Part shown: positions 1 through 12,700 of the stretch, piece after piece
Layout of the letters: each line of letters begins with the position of its first letter
Position numbering within the stretch: position 1 is the first letter of the stretch
Assembly: GCA_964016885.1 (NCBI GenBank)
Contig: OZ024741.1
Span: forward strand, 11,718,001 to 11,782,000
DNA length: 64,000 nucleotides
Reading direction: 5' to 3'
Origin: Eledone cirrhosa
Lineage: Eukaryota
Notes under the pieces: model-generated
Databases searched by the model: none
The model's input: the letters and a program-made list of their open reading frames with translations, nothing else
Told to the model about the DNA's origin: nothing
Position numbers and translations under genes: made by a program

Positions 1-649
1 GTGTCACTATATATATGTGTCTGTGTCACTATATGTATGTGTCTGTGTCACTGTATGTATGTGTCTGTGTCATTATATGTTTGTGTTTGTGTCACTATAT
101 GTATGTGTCTGTGTCACTATATGTATGTGTCTGTGTCACTGTATGTATGTGTCTGTGTCACTATATGTTTGTGTCTGTGTCACTATATGTATGTGTCTGT
201 GTCACTATATGTATGTGTCTGTGTCACTGTATGTATGTGTCTGTGTCACTATATGTATGTGTCTGTGTCACTATATGTATGTGTCTGTGTCACTATATGT
301 ATGTGTCTGTGTCACTGTATGTATGTGTCTGTGTCACTATATGTATGTGTCTGTGTCACTATATGTATGTGTCTGTGTCACTGTATGTATGTGCCTGTGT
401 CACTGTATGTATGTGTCTGTGTCACTATATGTATGTGTCTGTGTCACTATATGTATGTGTCTGTCACTATATGTATGTGTCTGTGTCACTGTATATATGT
501 GTCTGTGTCACTATATTTATGTGTCTGTGTCACTGTATGTATGTGTCTGTGTCACTGTATGTATGTGTCTGTGTCACTATATGTATGTGTCTGTGTCACT
601 ATATGTATGTCTGTGTCACTATATGTTTGTGTGTCTGTGTCACTATATG

Positions 650-860
650 TATGTGTCTGTGTTACTATATATATGTCTCTGTGTCACTGTATGTATGTGT
701 CTGTGTCACTGTATGTATGTGTCTGTGTCACTATATGTATGTGTCTGTGTTACTATATATATGTCTCTGTGTCACTGTATGTATGTGTCTGTGTCACTGT
801 ATGTATGTGTCTGTGTCACTATATGTATGTGTCTGTGTTACTATATGTATATGTCTGTGT
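650..860 (+). repeat. Local 4-monomer (88 bp) higher-order repeat
   Basis: The variant GTTACTATAT starts at 661, 749 and 837, a spacing of 88 bp. The same doublet recurs in many later modules (e.g. 5511/5599, 41429/41517). Confidence 0.85.
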
Positions 861-1119
861 CACTGTATGTATGTGTCTGTGTCACTATATGTATGTCTGT
901 GTCACTATATGTTTGTGTGTCTGTGTCACTATATGTATGTGTCTGTGTCACTATATATATGTCTCTGTGTCACTGTATGTATGTGTCTGTGTCACTGTAT
1001 GTATGTGTCTGTGTCACTATATGTATGTGTCTGTGTCACTATATGTATGTCTCTGTGTCACTGTATGTATGTGTCTGTGTCACTATATGTATGTGTCTGT
1101 GTCACTATATGTATGTGTC

Positions 1120-1400
1120 TGTGTCACTATATGTATGTCTCTGTGTCACTATATGTATGTCTCTGTGTCACTGTATGTATGTGTCTGTGTCACTATATGT
1201 ATGTGTCTGTGTCACTGTATGTATGTCTCTGTGTCACTATATGTATGTGTCTGTGTCACTATATGTATGTGTCTGTGTCACTATATGTATGTCTCTGTGT
1301 CACTATATGTATGTCTCTGTGTCACTGTATGTATGTGTCTGTGTCACTATATGTATGTGTCTGTGTCACTGTATGTATGTCTCTGTGTCACTATATATAT
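1120..1400 (+). repeat. Local 7-monomer (154 bp) higher-order repeat in the GTCTCT-variant cluster
   Basis: Paired GTCTCT variants at 1137/1159 recur at 1291/1313, an offset of 154. The cluster recurs at about 8.6, 15.7, 32.8, 35.0, 37.5, 39.7, 41.9, 43.8, 46.5, 48.7, 50.9, 52.8, 55.0, 57.1 and 59.3 kb. Confidence 0.8.
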
Positions 1401-2499
1401 GTGTCTGTGTCACTATACGTATGTGTCTGTGTCACTATATGTATGTGTCTGTGTCACTATATGTATGTCTCTGTGTCACTATATGTATGTGTCTCTGTCA
1501 CTATATGCATGTATGTGTCTGTGTCACTATATGTATGTGTCTGTCTCACTATATGTATGTGTCTGTGTCACTATATGTATGTGTCTGTGTCACTATATGT
1601 ATGTGTCTGTGTCACTATATGTATGTCTCTGTGTCACTATATGTATGTGTCTGTGTCACTATATGTATGTGTCTGTGTCACTATATGTATGTGTCTGTGT
1701 CACTATATGTATGTGTCTGTGTCACTGTATATATGTGTCTGTGTCATTATATTTATGTGTCTGTGTCACTGTATGTATGTGTCTGTGTCACTGTATGTAT
1801 GTGTCTGTGTCACTAAATGTATATCTGTGTCACTATATGTTTGTGTGTCTGTGTCACTATATGTATGTGTCTGTGTCACTATATGTATGTGTCTGTGTCA
1901 CTATATGTATGTGTCTGTGACACTATATGTATGTTTCTGTGTCACTATATGTATGTGTCTGTGTCACTATATGTATGTGTCTGTGTCACTATATATATGT
2001 GTCTGTGTCACTATATGTATGTGTCTGTGTCATCATATGTATGTGTCTGTGTCACTATATGTATGTGTCTGTGTCACTATATGTATGTGTCTTTGTCACT
2101 ATATGTATGTGTCTGTGTCACTATATGTATGTGTCTCTGTCACTATATGTTTGTATCTGTGTCACTATATGTATGTGTCTGTGTCACTATATGTATGTGT
2201 CTTTGTCACTATATGTATGTGTCTGTGCCACTATATGTATGTGTCTCTGTCACTATATGTTTGTATCTGTGTCACTATATGTATGTGTCTGTGTCACTAT
2301 ATGTATGTGTCTGTGTCACTATATGTATGTGTCTGTGTCACTATATGTATGTGTCTGTGTCACTATATGTATGTGTCTGTGTCACTGTATGTATGTGTCT
2401 GTGTCACTATATGTATGTGTCTGTGTCACTATATGTATGTGTCTGTGTCACTGTATGTATGTGTCTGTGTCATTATATGTATGTGTCTGTGTCACTGTA

Positions 2500-2850
2500 T
2501 GTATGTGTCTGTGCCACTATATGTATGTGACTGTGTCACTATATGTATGTGACTGTGTCACTGTATGTATGTGTCTGTGTCACTATATGTATGTGTCTGT
2601 GTCACTATATGTATGTCTCTGTGTCACTATATGTATGTCTCTGTGTCACTATATGTATGTGCCTGTGTAACTATATGTATGTGTCTGTGCCACTATATGT
2701 ATGTGACTGTGTCACTATATGTATGTGACTGTGTCACTGTATGTATGTGTCTGTGTCACTATATGTATGTGTCTGTGTCACTATATGTATGTCTCTGTGT
2801 CACTATATGTATGTCTCTGTGTCACTATATGTATGTGTCTGTGTCACTAT
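2500..2850 (+). repeat. Local 8-monomer (176 bp) tandem duplication
   Basis: The rare triplet GTGCCAC / ATGTGACT / ATGTGACT occurs at 2511-2555 and again at 2687-2731. The TGA stops ending at 2552 and 2728 differ by 176. Confidence 0.88.
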
Positions 2851-3029
2851 ATGTATGTGTCTGTGTCACTATATGTATGTCTCTGTGTCACTATATGTAT
2901 GTCTCTGTGTCACTGTATGTATGTGTCTGTGTCACTATATGTATGTGTCTGTATCACTGTATGTATGTCTCTGTGTCACTATATGTATGTGTCTGTGTCA
3001 CTGTATGTATGTGTCTGTGTCATTATATG

Positions 3030-6000
3030 TATGTGTCTGTGTCACTATATGTATCTGTCTGTGTCACTATATGTATGTGTCTGTGTCACTATATGTATGT
3101 GTCTGTGTCACTATATGTATGTGTCTGTGTCACTATATGTATGTGTCTGTGTCACTATATGTATGTGTCTGTGTCACTATATGTATGTGTCTGTGTCACT
3201 ATATGTATGTGTCTGTGTCACTATATGTATGTGTCTGTGTCACTATATGTATGTGTCTGTATCACTGTATGTATGTGTCTGTGTCACTATATGTATGTCT
3301 CTTTGTCACTATATGTATGTGTCTCTGTCACTATATGCATGTATGTGTCTGTGTCACTATATGTATGTGTCTGTGTCACTATATGTATGTGTCTGTGTCA
3401 CTATATGTATGTGTCTGTGTCACTGTATGTATGTGTCTGTGTCACTGTATGTATGTGTCTGTGTCACTATATGTATGTGTCTCTGTCACTATATGTATGT
3501 GTCTGTGTCACTATATGTATGTGTCTGTGTCACTATATGTATGTGTCTGTGTCACTGTATGTATGTGTCTGTGTCACTATATGTATGTGTCTGTGTCACT
3601 ATATGTATGTGTCTGTGTCACTATATGTATGTGTCTGTGTCACTATATGTATGTCTCTGTGTCACTATATGTATGTGTCTGTGTCACTATATGTATGTGT
3701 CTGTGTCACTATATGTATGTGTCTGTGTCACTATATGTATGTGTCTGTGTCACTGTATATATGAGTCTGTGTCATTATATTTATGTGTCTGTGTCACTGT
3801 ATGTATGTGTCTGTGTCACTGTATGTATGTGTCTGTGTCACTAAATGTATGTCTGTGTCACTATATGTTTGTGTGTCTGTGTCACTATATGTATGTGTCT
3901 GTGTCACTATATATATGTGTCTGTGTCACTATATGTATGTGTCTCTGTCACTATATGTATGTGTCTGTGTCACTATATGTATGTGTCTGTGTCATTATAT
4001 GTATGTGTCTGTGTCACTATATGTATGTGTCTGTGTCACTATATGTATGTGTCTTTGTCACTATATGTATGTGTCTCTGTCACTATATGTTTGTATCTGT
4101 GTCACTATATGTATGTGTCTGTGTCACTATATGTATGTGTCTGTGTCACTATATGTATGTGTCTGTGTCACGATATGTATGTGTCTCTGTCACTATATGT
4201 ATGTGTCTGTGTCACTATATGTATGTGTCTGTGTCATTATATGTATGTGTCTGTGTCACTATATGTATGTGTCTGTGTCACTATATGTATGTGTCTGTGT
4301 CACGATATGTATGTGTCTCTGTCACTATATGTATGTGTCTGTGTCACTATATGTATGTGTCTGTGTCACTGTATGTATGTGTCTGTGTCACTATATGTAT
4401 GTGTCTGTGTCACTATATGTATGTGTCTGTGTCACTGTAAGTATGTCTCTGTGTCACTATATGTATGTGTCTGTGTCACTATATGTATGTGTCTGTGTCA
4501 CTATATGTATGTGTCTGTGTCACTGTATGTATGTGTCTGTGTCACTGTATGTATGTGTCTCTGTCACTATATGTATGTATGTGTCTGTGTCACTATATGT
4601 ATGTGTCTGTATCACTGTATGTTTGTGTCTGTGTCACTATATGTATGTGTCTCTCTCACTATATGTATGTGTCTGTGTCACTGTATGTATGTGTCTGTGT
4701 CACTATATGGTTGTGTCTGTGTCACTATATGTACGTGTCTGTGTCACTATATGTATGTGTCTGTGTCACTATATGTATGTGTCTGTGTCACTGTATGTAT
4801 GTCTCTGTGTCACTATATGTATGTGTCTGTGTCACTATATGTTTGTGTCTGTGTCACTATATATATGTGTCTGTGTCACTATATGTATGTGTCTGTGTCA
4901 CTGTATGTATGTGTCTGTGTCATTATATGTTTGTGTTTGTGTCACTATATGTATGTGTCTGTGTCACTATATGTATGTGTCTGTGTCACTGTATGTATGT
5001 GTCTGTGTCACTATATGTTTGTGTCTGTGTCACTATATGTATGTGTCTGTGTCACTATATGTATGTGTCTGTGTCACTGTATGTATGTGTCTGTGTCACT
5101 ATATGTATGTGTCTGTGTCACTATATGTATGTGTCTGTGTCACTATATGTATGTGTCTGTGTCACTGTATGTATGTGTCTGTGTCACTATATGTATGTGT
5201 CTGTGTCACTATATGTATGTGTCTGTGTCACTGTATGTATGTGCCTGTGTCACTGTATGTATGTGTCTGTGTCACTATATGTATGTGTCTGTGTCACTAT
5301 ATGTATGTGTCTGTCACTATATGTATGTGTCTGTGTCACTGTATATATGTGTCTGTGTCACTATATTTATGTGTCTGTGTCACTGTATGTATGTGTCTGT
5401 GTCACTGTATGTATGTGTCTGTGTCACTATATGTATGTGTCTGTGTCACTATATGTATGTCTGTGTCACTATATGTTTGTGTGTCTGTGTCACTATATGT
5501 ATGTGTCTGTGTTACTATATATATGTCTCTGTGTCACTGTATGTATGTGTCTGTGTCACTGTATGTATGTGTCTGTGTCACTATATGTATGTGTCTGTGT
5601 TACTATATATATGTCTCTGTGTCACTGTATGTATGTGTCTGTGTCACTGTATGTATGTGTCTGTGTCACTATATGTATCTGTCTGTGTCACTATATGTAT
5701 GTGTCTGTGTCACTATATGTATGTGTCTGTGTCACTATATGTATGTGTCTGTGTCACTATATGTATGTGTCTGTGTCACTATATGTATGTGTCTGTGTCA
5801 CTATATGTATGTGTCTGTGTCACTATATGTATGTGTCTGTGTCACTATATGTATGTGTCTGTGTCACTATATGTATGTGTCTGTATCACTGTATGTATGT
5901 GTCTGTGTCACTATATGTATGTCTCTTTGTCACTATATGTATGTGTCTCTGTCACTATATGCATGTATGTGTCTGTGTCACTATATGTATGTGTCTGTGT

Positions 6001-8290
6001 CACTATATGTATGTGTCTGTGTCACTATATGTATGTGTCTGTGTCACTGTATGTATGTGTCTGTGTCACTGTATGTATGTGTCTGTGTCACTATATGTAT
6101 GTGTCTCTGTCACTATATGTATGTGTCTGTGTCACTATATGTATGTGTCTGTGTCACTATATGTATGTGTCTGTGTCACTGTATGTATGTGTCTGTGTCA
6201 CTATATGTATGTGTCTGTGTCACTATATGTATGTGTCTGTGTCACTATATGTATGTGTCTGTGTCACTATATGTATGTCTCTGTGTCACTATATGTATGT
6301 GTCTGTGTCACTATATGTATGTGTCTGTGTCACTATATGTATGTGTCTGTGTCACTATATGTATGTGTCTGTGTCACTGTATATATGAGTCTGTGTCATT
6401 ATATTTATGTGTCTGTGTCACTGTATGTATGTGTCTGTGTCACTGTATGTATGTGTCTGTGTCACTAAATGTATGTCTGTGTCACTATATGTTTGTGTGT
6501 CTGTGTCACTATATGTATGTGTCTGTGTCACTATATATATGTGTCTGTGTCACTATATGTATGTGTCTCTGTCACTATATGTATGTGTCTGTGTCACTAT
6601 ATGTATGTGTCTGTGTCATTATATGTATGTGTCTGTGTCACTATATGTATGTGTCTGTGTCACTATATGTATGTGTCTTTGTCACTATATGTATGTGTCT
6701 CTGTCACTATATGTTTGTATCTGTGTCACTATATGTATGTGTCTGTGTCACTATATGTATGTGTCTGTGTCACTATATGTATGTGTTTGTGTCACGATAT
6801 GTATGTGTCTCTGTCACTATATGTATGTGTCTGTGTCACTATATGTATGTGTCTGTGTCATTATATGTATGTGTCTGTGTCACTATATGTATGTGTCTGT
6901 GTCACTATATGTATGTGTCTGTGTCACGATATGTATGTGTCTCTGTCACTATATGTATGTGTCTGTGTCACTATATGTATGTGTCTGTGTCACTGTATGT
7001 ATGTGTCTGTGTCACTATATGTATGTGTCTGTGTCACTATATGTATGTGTCTGTGTCACTGTAAGTATGTCTCTGTGTCACTATATGTATGTGTCTGTGT
7101 CACTATATGTATGTGTCTGTGTCACTATATGTATGTGTCTGTGTCACTGTATGTATGTGTCTGTGTCACTGTATGTATGTGTCTCTGTCACTATATGTAT
7201 GTATGTGTCTGTGTCACTATATGTATGTGTCTGTATCACTGTATGTTTGTGTCTGTGTCACTATATGTATGTGTCTCTCTCACTATATGTATGTGTCTGT
7301 GTCACTGTATGTATGTGTCTGTGTCACTATATGGTTGTGTCTGTGTCACTATATGTACGTGTCTGTGTCACTATATGTATGTGTCTGTGTCACTATATGT
7401 ATGTGTCTGTGTCACTGTATGTATGTCTCTGTGTCACTATATGTATGTGTCTGTGTCACTATATGTTTGTGTCTGTGTCACTATATATATGTGTCTGTGT
7501 CACTATATGTATGTGTCTGTGTCACTGTATGTATGTGTCTGTGTCATTATATGTTTGTGTTTGTGTCACTATATGTATGTGTCTGTGTCACTATATGTAT
7601 GTGTCTGTGTCACTGTATGTATGTGTCTGTGTCACTATATGTTTGTGTCTGTGTCACTATATGTATGTGTCTGTGTCACTATATGTATGTGTCTGTGTCA
7701 CTGTATGTATGTGTCTGTGTCACTATATGTATGTGTCTGTGTCACTATATGTATGTGTCTGTGTCACTATATGTATGTGTCTGTGTCACTGTATGTATGT
7801 GTCTGTGTCACTATATGTATGTGTCTGTGTCACTATATGTATGTGTCTGTGTCACTGTATGTATGTGCCTGTGTCACTGTATGTATGTGTCTGTGTCACT
7901 ATATGTATGTGTCTGTGTCACTATATGTATGTGTCTGTCACTATATGTATGTGTCTGTGTCACTGTATATATGTGTCTGTGTCACTATATTTATGTGTCT
8001 GTGTCACTGTATGTATGTGTCTGTGTCACTGTATGTATGTGTCTGTGTCACTATATGTATGTGTCTGTGTCACTATATGTATGTCTGTGTCACTATATGT
8101 TTGTGTGTCTGTGTCACTATATGTATGTGTCTGTGTTACTATATATATGTCTCTGTGTCACTGTATGTATGTGTCTGTGTCACTGTATGTATGTGTCTGT
8201 GTCACTATATGTATGTGTCTGTGTTACTATATATATGTCTCTGTGTCACTGTATGTATGTGTCTGTGTCACTGTATGTATGTGTCTGTGT
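3030..8290 (+). repeat. Tandem duplication of a 2624-bp block (119 monomers + 6 bp), 2 copies
   Basis: Markers repeat at offset 2624: GTATCTGT 3051/5675, GCAT insertion 3337/5961, TAA ending 3844/6468, CTGTAAG stop 4440/7064, GTGCCT about 5241/7865. The indels (+4, +4, -2) account for 2624 = 119x22 + 6. Confidence 0.9.
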
Positions 8291-9750
8291 CACTATATGT
8301 ATGTGTCTGTGTTACTATATGTATATGTCTGTGTCACTGTATGTATGTGTCTGTGTCACTATATGTATGTCTGTGTCACTATATGCTTGTGTGTCTGTGT
8401 CACTATATGTATGTGTCTGTGTCACTATATATATGTCTCTGTGTCACTGTATGTATGTGTCTGTGTCACTGTATGTATGTGTCTGTGTCACTATATGTAT
8501 GTCTCTGTGTCACTATATGTATGTCTCTGTGTCACTGTATGTATGTGTCTGTGTCACTATATGTATGTGTCTGTGTCACTATATGTATGTGTCTGTGTCA
8601 CTATATGTATGTCTCTGTGTCACTATATGTATGTCTCTGTGTCACTGTATGTATGTGTCTGTGTCACTATATGTATGTGTCTGTGTCACTGTATGTATGT
8701 CTCTGTGTCACTATATGTATGTGTCTGTGTCACTATATGTATGTGTCTGTGTCACTATATGTATGTCTCTGTGTCACTATATGTATGTCTCTGTGTCACT
8801 GTATGTATGTGTCTGTGTCACTATATGTATGTGTCTGTGTCACTGTATGTATGTCTCTGTGTCACTATATATATGTGTCTGTGTCACTATACGTATGTGT
8901 CTGTGTCACTATATGTATGTGTCTGTGTCACTATATGTATGTCTCTGTGTAACTATATGTATGTGTCTCTGTCACTATATGCATGTATGTGTCTGTGTCA
9001 CTATATGTATGTGTCTGTGTCACTATATGTATGTGTCTGTGTCACTATATGTATGTGTCTGTGTCACTATATGTATGTGTCTGTGTCACTATATGTATGT
9101 CTCTGTGTCACTATATGTATGTGTCTGTGTCACTATATGTATGTGTCTGTGTCACTATATGTATGTGTCTGTGTCACTATATGTATGTGTCTGTGTCACT
9201 GTATATATGTGTCTGTGTCATTATATTTATGTGTCTGTGTCACTGTATGTATGTGTCTGTGTCACTGTATGTATGTGTCTGTGTCACTAAATGTATGTCT
9301 GTGTCACTATATGTTTGTGTGTCTGTGTCACTATATGTATGTGTCTGTGTCACTATATGTATGTGTCTGTGTCACTATATGTAAGTGTCTGTGACACTAT
9401 ATGTATGTTTCTGTGTCACTATATGTATGTGTCTGTGTCACTATATGTATGTGTCTGTGTCACTATATATATGTGTCTGTGTCACTATATGTATGTGTCT
9501 GTGTCATCATATGTATGTGTCTGTGTCACTATATGTATGTGTCTGTGTCACTATATGTATGTGTCTGTGTCACTATATGTATGTGTCTGTGTCACTATAT
9601 GTATGTGTCTCTGTCACTATATGTTTGTATCTGTGTCACTATATGTATGTGTCTGTGTCAGTATATGTATGTGTCTTTGTCACTATATGTATGTGTCTGT
9701 GCCACTATATGTATGTGTCTCTGTCACTATATGTTTGTATCTGTGTCACT
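7475..9750 (+). repeat. Dispersed copy of window positions about 1-2270 (offset 7474); partial copy of 1-830 also at 4851 (offset 4850)
   Basis: Markers at offset 7474: TATACGT about 1414/8888, GCAT 1507/8981, TAA 1816/9290, TGA 1920/9394, CATCAT about 2031/9505. Confidence 0.85.
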
Positions 9751-12700
9751 ATATGTATGTGTCTCTGTCACTATATGCATGTATGTGTCTGTGTCACTAT
9801 ATGTATGTGTCTGTCTCACTATATGTATGTGTCTGTGTCACTATATGTATGTGTCTGTGTCACTATATGTATGTGTCTGTGTCACTATATGTATGTCTCT
9901 GTGTCACTATATGTATGTGTCTGTGTCACTATATGTATGTGTCTGTGTCACTATATGTATGTGTCTGTGTCACTATATGTATGTGTCTGTGTCACTGTAT
10001 ATATGTGTCTGTGTCATTATATTTATGTGTCTGTGTCACTGTATGTATGTGTCTGTGTCACTATATGTATGTGTCTGTGTCACTATATGTATGTGTCTGT
10101 GTCACTATATGTATGTGTCTGTGTCACTGTATGTATGTGTCTGTGTCACTATATGTATGTGTCTGTGTCACTATATGTATGTGTCGGTGTCACTGTAAGT
10201 ATGTCTCTGTGTCACTATATGTATGTGTCTGTGTCTCTATATGTATGTGTCTGTGTCACTATATGTATGTGTCTGTGTCACTATATGTATGTGTCTGTGT
10301 CACTGTATATATGAGTCTGTGTCATTATATTTATGTGTCTGTGTCACTGTATGTATGTGTCTGTGTCACTGTATGTATGTGTCTGTGTCACTAAATGTAT
10401 GTCTGTGTCACTATATGTTTGTGTGTCTGTGTCACTATATGGATGTGTCTGTGTCACTATATATATGTGTCTGTGTCACTATATGTATGTTTCTCTGTCA
10501 CTATATGTATGTGTCTGTGTCACTATATGTATGTGTCTGTGTCATTATATGTATGTGTCTGTGTCACTATATGTATGTGTCTGTGTCACTATATGTATGT
10601 GTCTTTGTCACTATATGTATGTGTCTCTGTCACTATATGTATGTGTCTGTGTCATTATATGTATGTGTCTGTGTCACTATATGTATGTGTCTGTGTCACT
10701 ATATGTATGTGTCTGTGTCACGATATGTATGTGTCTCTGTCACTATATGTATGTGTCTGTGTCACTATATGTATGTGTCTGTGTCACTGTATGTATGTGT
10801 CTGTGTCACTATATGTATGTGTCTGTGTCACTATATGTATGTGTCTGTGTCACTGTAAGTATGTCTCTGTGTCACTATATGTATGTGTCTGTGTCACTAT
10901 ATGTATGTGTCTGTGTCACTATATGTATGTGTCTGTGTCACTGTATGTATGTGTCTGTGTCACTGTATGTATGTGTCTCTGTCACTATATGTATGTATGT
11001 GTCTGTGTCACTATATGTATATGTCTGTATCACTGTATGTTTGTGTCTGTGTCACTATATGTATGTGTCTCTGTCACTATATGTATGTGTCTGTGTCACT
11101 GTATGTATGTGTCTGTGTCACTATATGGTTGTGTCTGTGTCACTATATGTACGTGTCTGTGTCACTATATGTATGTGTCTGTGTCACTATATGTATGTGT
11201 CTGTGTCACTGTATGTATGTCTCTGTGTCACTATATGTATGTGTCTGTGTCACTATATGTTTGTGTCTGTGTCACTATATATATGTGTCTGTGTCACTAT
11301 ATGTATGTGTCTGTGTCACTGTATGTATGTGTCTGTGTCATTATATGTTTGTGTTTGTGTCACTATATGTATGTGTCTGTGTCACTATATGTATGTGTCT
11401 GTGTCAATGTATGTATGTGTCTGTGTCACTATATGTATGTGTCTGTGTCACTATATGTATGTGTCTGTGTCACTATATGTATGTGTCTGTGTCACTGTAT
11501 GTATGTGTCTGTGTCACTATATGTATGTGTCTGTGTCACTATATGTATGTGTCTGTGTCACTGTATGTATGTGCCTGTGTCACTGTATGTATGTGTCTGT
11601 GTCACTATATGTATGTGTCTGTGTCACTATATGTATGTGTCTGTCACTATATGTATGTGTCTGTGTCACTGTATATATGTGTCTGTGTCACTATATGTAT
11701 GTGTCTGTGTCAATGTATGTATGTGTCTGTGTCACTGTATGTATGTGCCTGTGTCACTGTATGTATGTGTCTGTGTCACTGTATGTATGTGTCTGTGTCA
11801 CTATATGTATGTGTCTGTGTCACTATATGTATGTCTGTGTCACTATATGTTTGTGTGTCTGTGTCACTATATGTATGTGTCTGTGTTACTATATATATGT
11901 CTCTGTGTCACTGTATGTATGTGTCTGTGTCACTGTATGTATGTGTCTGTGTCACTATATGTATGTGTCTGTGTTACTATATATATGTCTCTGTGTCACT
12001 GTATGTATGTGTCTGTGTCACTATATGTATGTCTCTGTGTCACTGTATGTATGTGTCTGTGTCACTATATGTATGTGTCTGTGTCACTGTATGTATGTCT
12101 CTGTGTCACTATATGTATGTGTCTGTGTCACTATATGTATGTGTCTGTGTCACTATATGTATGTCTCTGTGTCACTATATGTATGTCTCTGTGTCACTGT
12201 ATGTATGTGTCTGTGTCACTATATGTATGTGTCTGTGTCACTGTATGTATGTCTCTGTGTCACTATATGTATGTGTCTGTGTCACTGTATGTATGTGTCT
12301 GTGTCATTATATGTATGTGTCTGTGTCACTATATGTATCTGTCTGTGTCACTACATGTATGTGTCTGTCTCACTATGTGTATGTGTCTGTGTCACTATAT
12401 GTATGTGTTTGTGTCACTATATGTATGTGTCTGTGTCACGATATGTATGTGTCTGTGTCACTATATGTATGTGTCTGTGTCACTGTATATATGTGTCTGT
12501 GTCATTATATTTATGTGTCTGTGTCACTGTATGTATGTGTCTGTGTCACTGTATGTATGTGTCTGTGTCACTAAATGTATGTCTGTGTCACTATATGTAT
12601 GTGTCTGTGTCACTATATGTATGTGTCTGTGTCACTATATATATGTGTCTGTGTCACTATATGTATGTGTCTGTGTCATCATATGTATGTGTCTGTGTCA

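Noticed and set aside
49-55. CACTGTA resembles the reverse-complement V(D)J RSS heptamer CACTGTG
   Set aside because: The mismatch falls in the essential CAC end of the heptamer, and there is no nonamer and no gene segments.
1917-1927. GTGACACTATA matches the core of the SP6 promoter (ATTTAGGTGACACTATAG); TCACTATAGG near 16839 and 18820 matches the end of the T7 promoter
   Set aside because: Each is a single-base variant of the consensus GTGTCACTATATG, and the upstream specificity elements (ATTTAG, TAATACGAC) are absent. The match is coincidental and not vector sequence.
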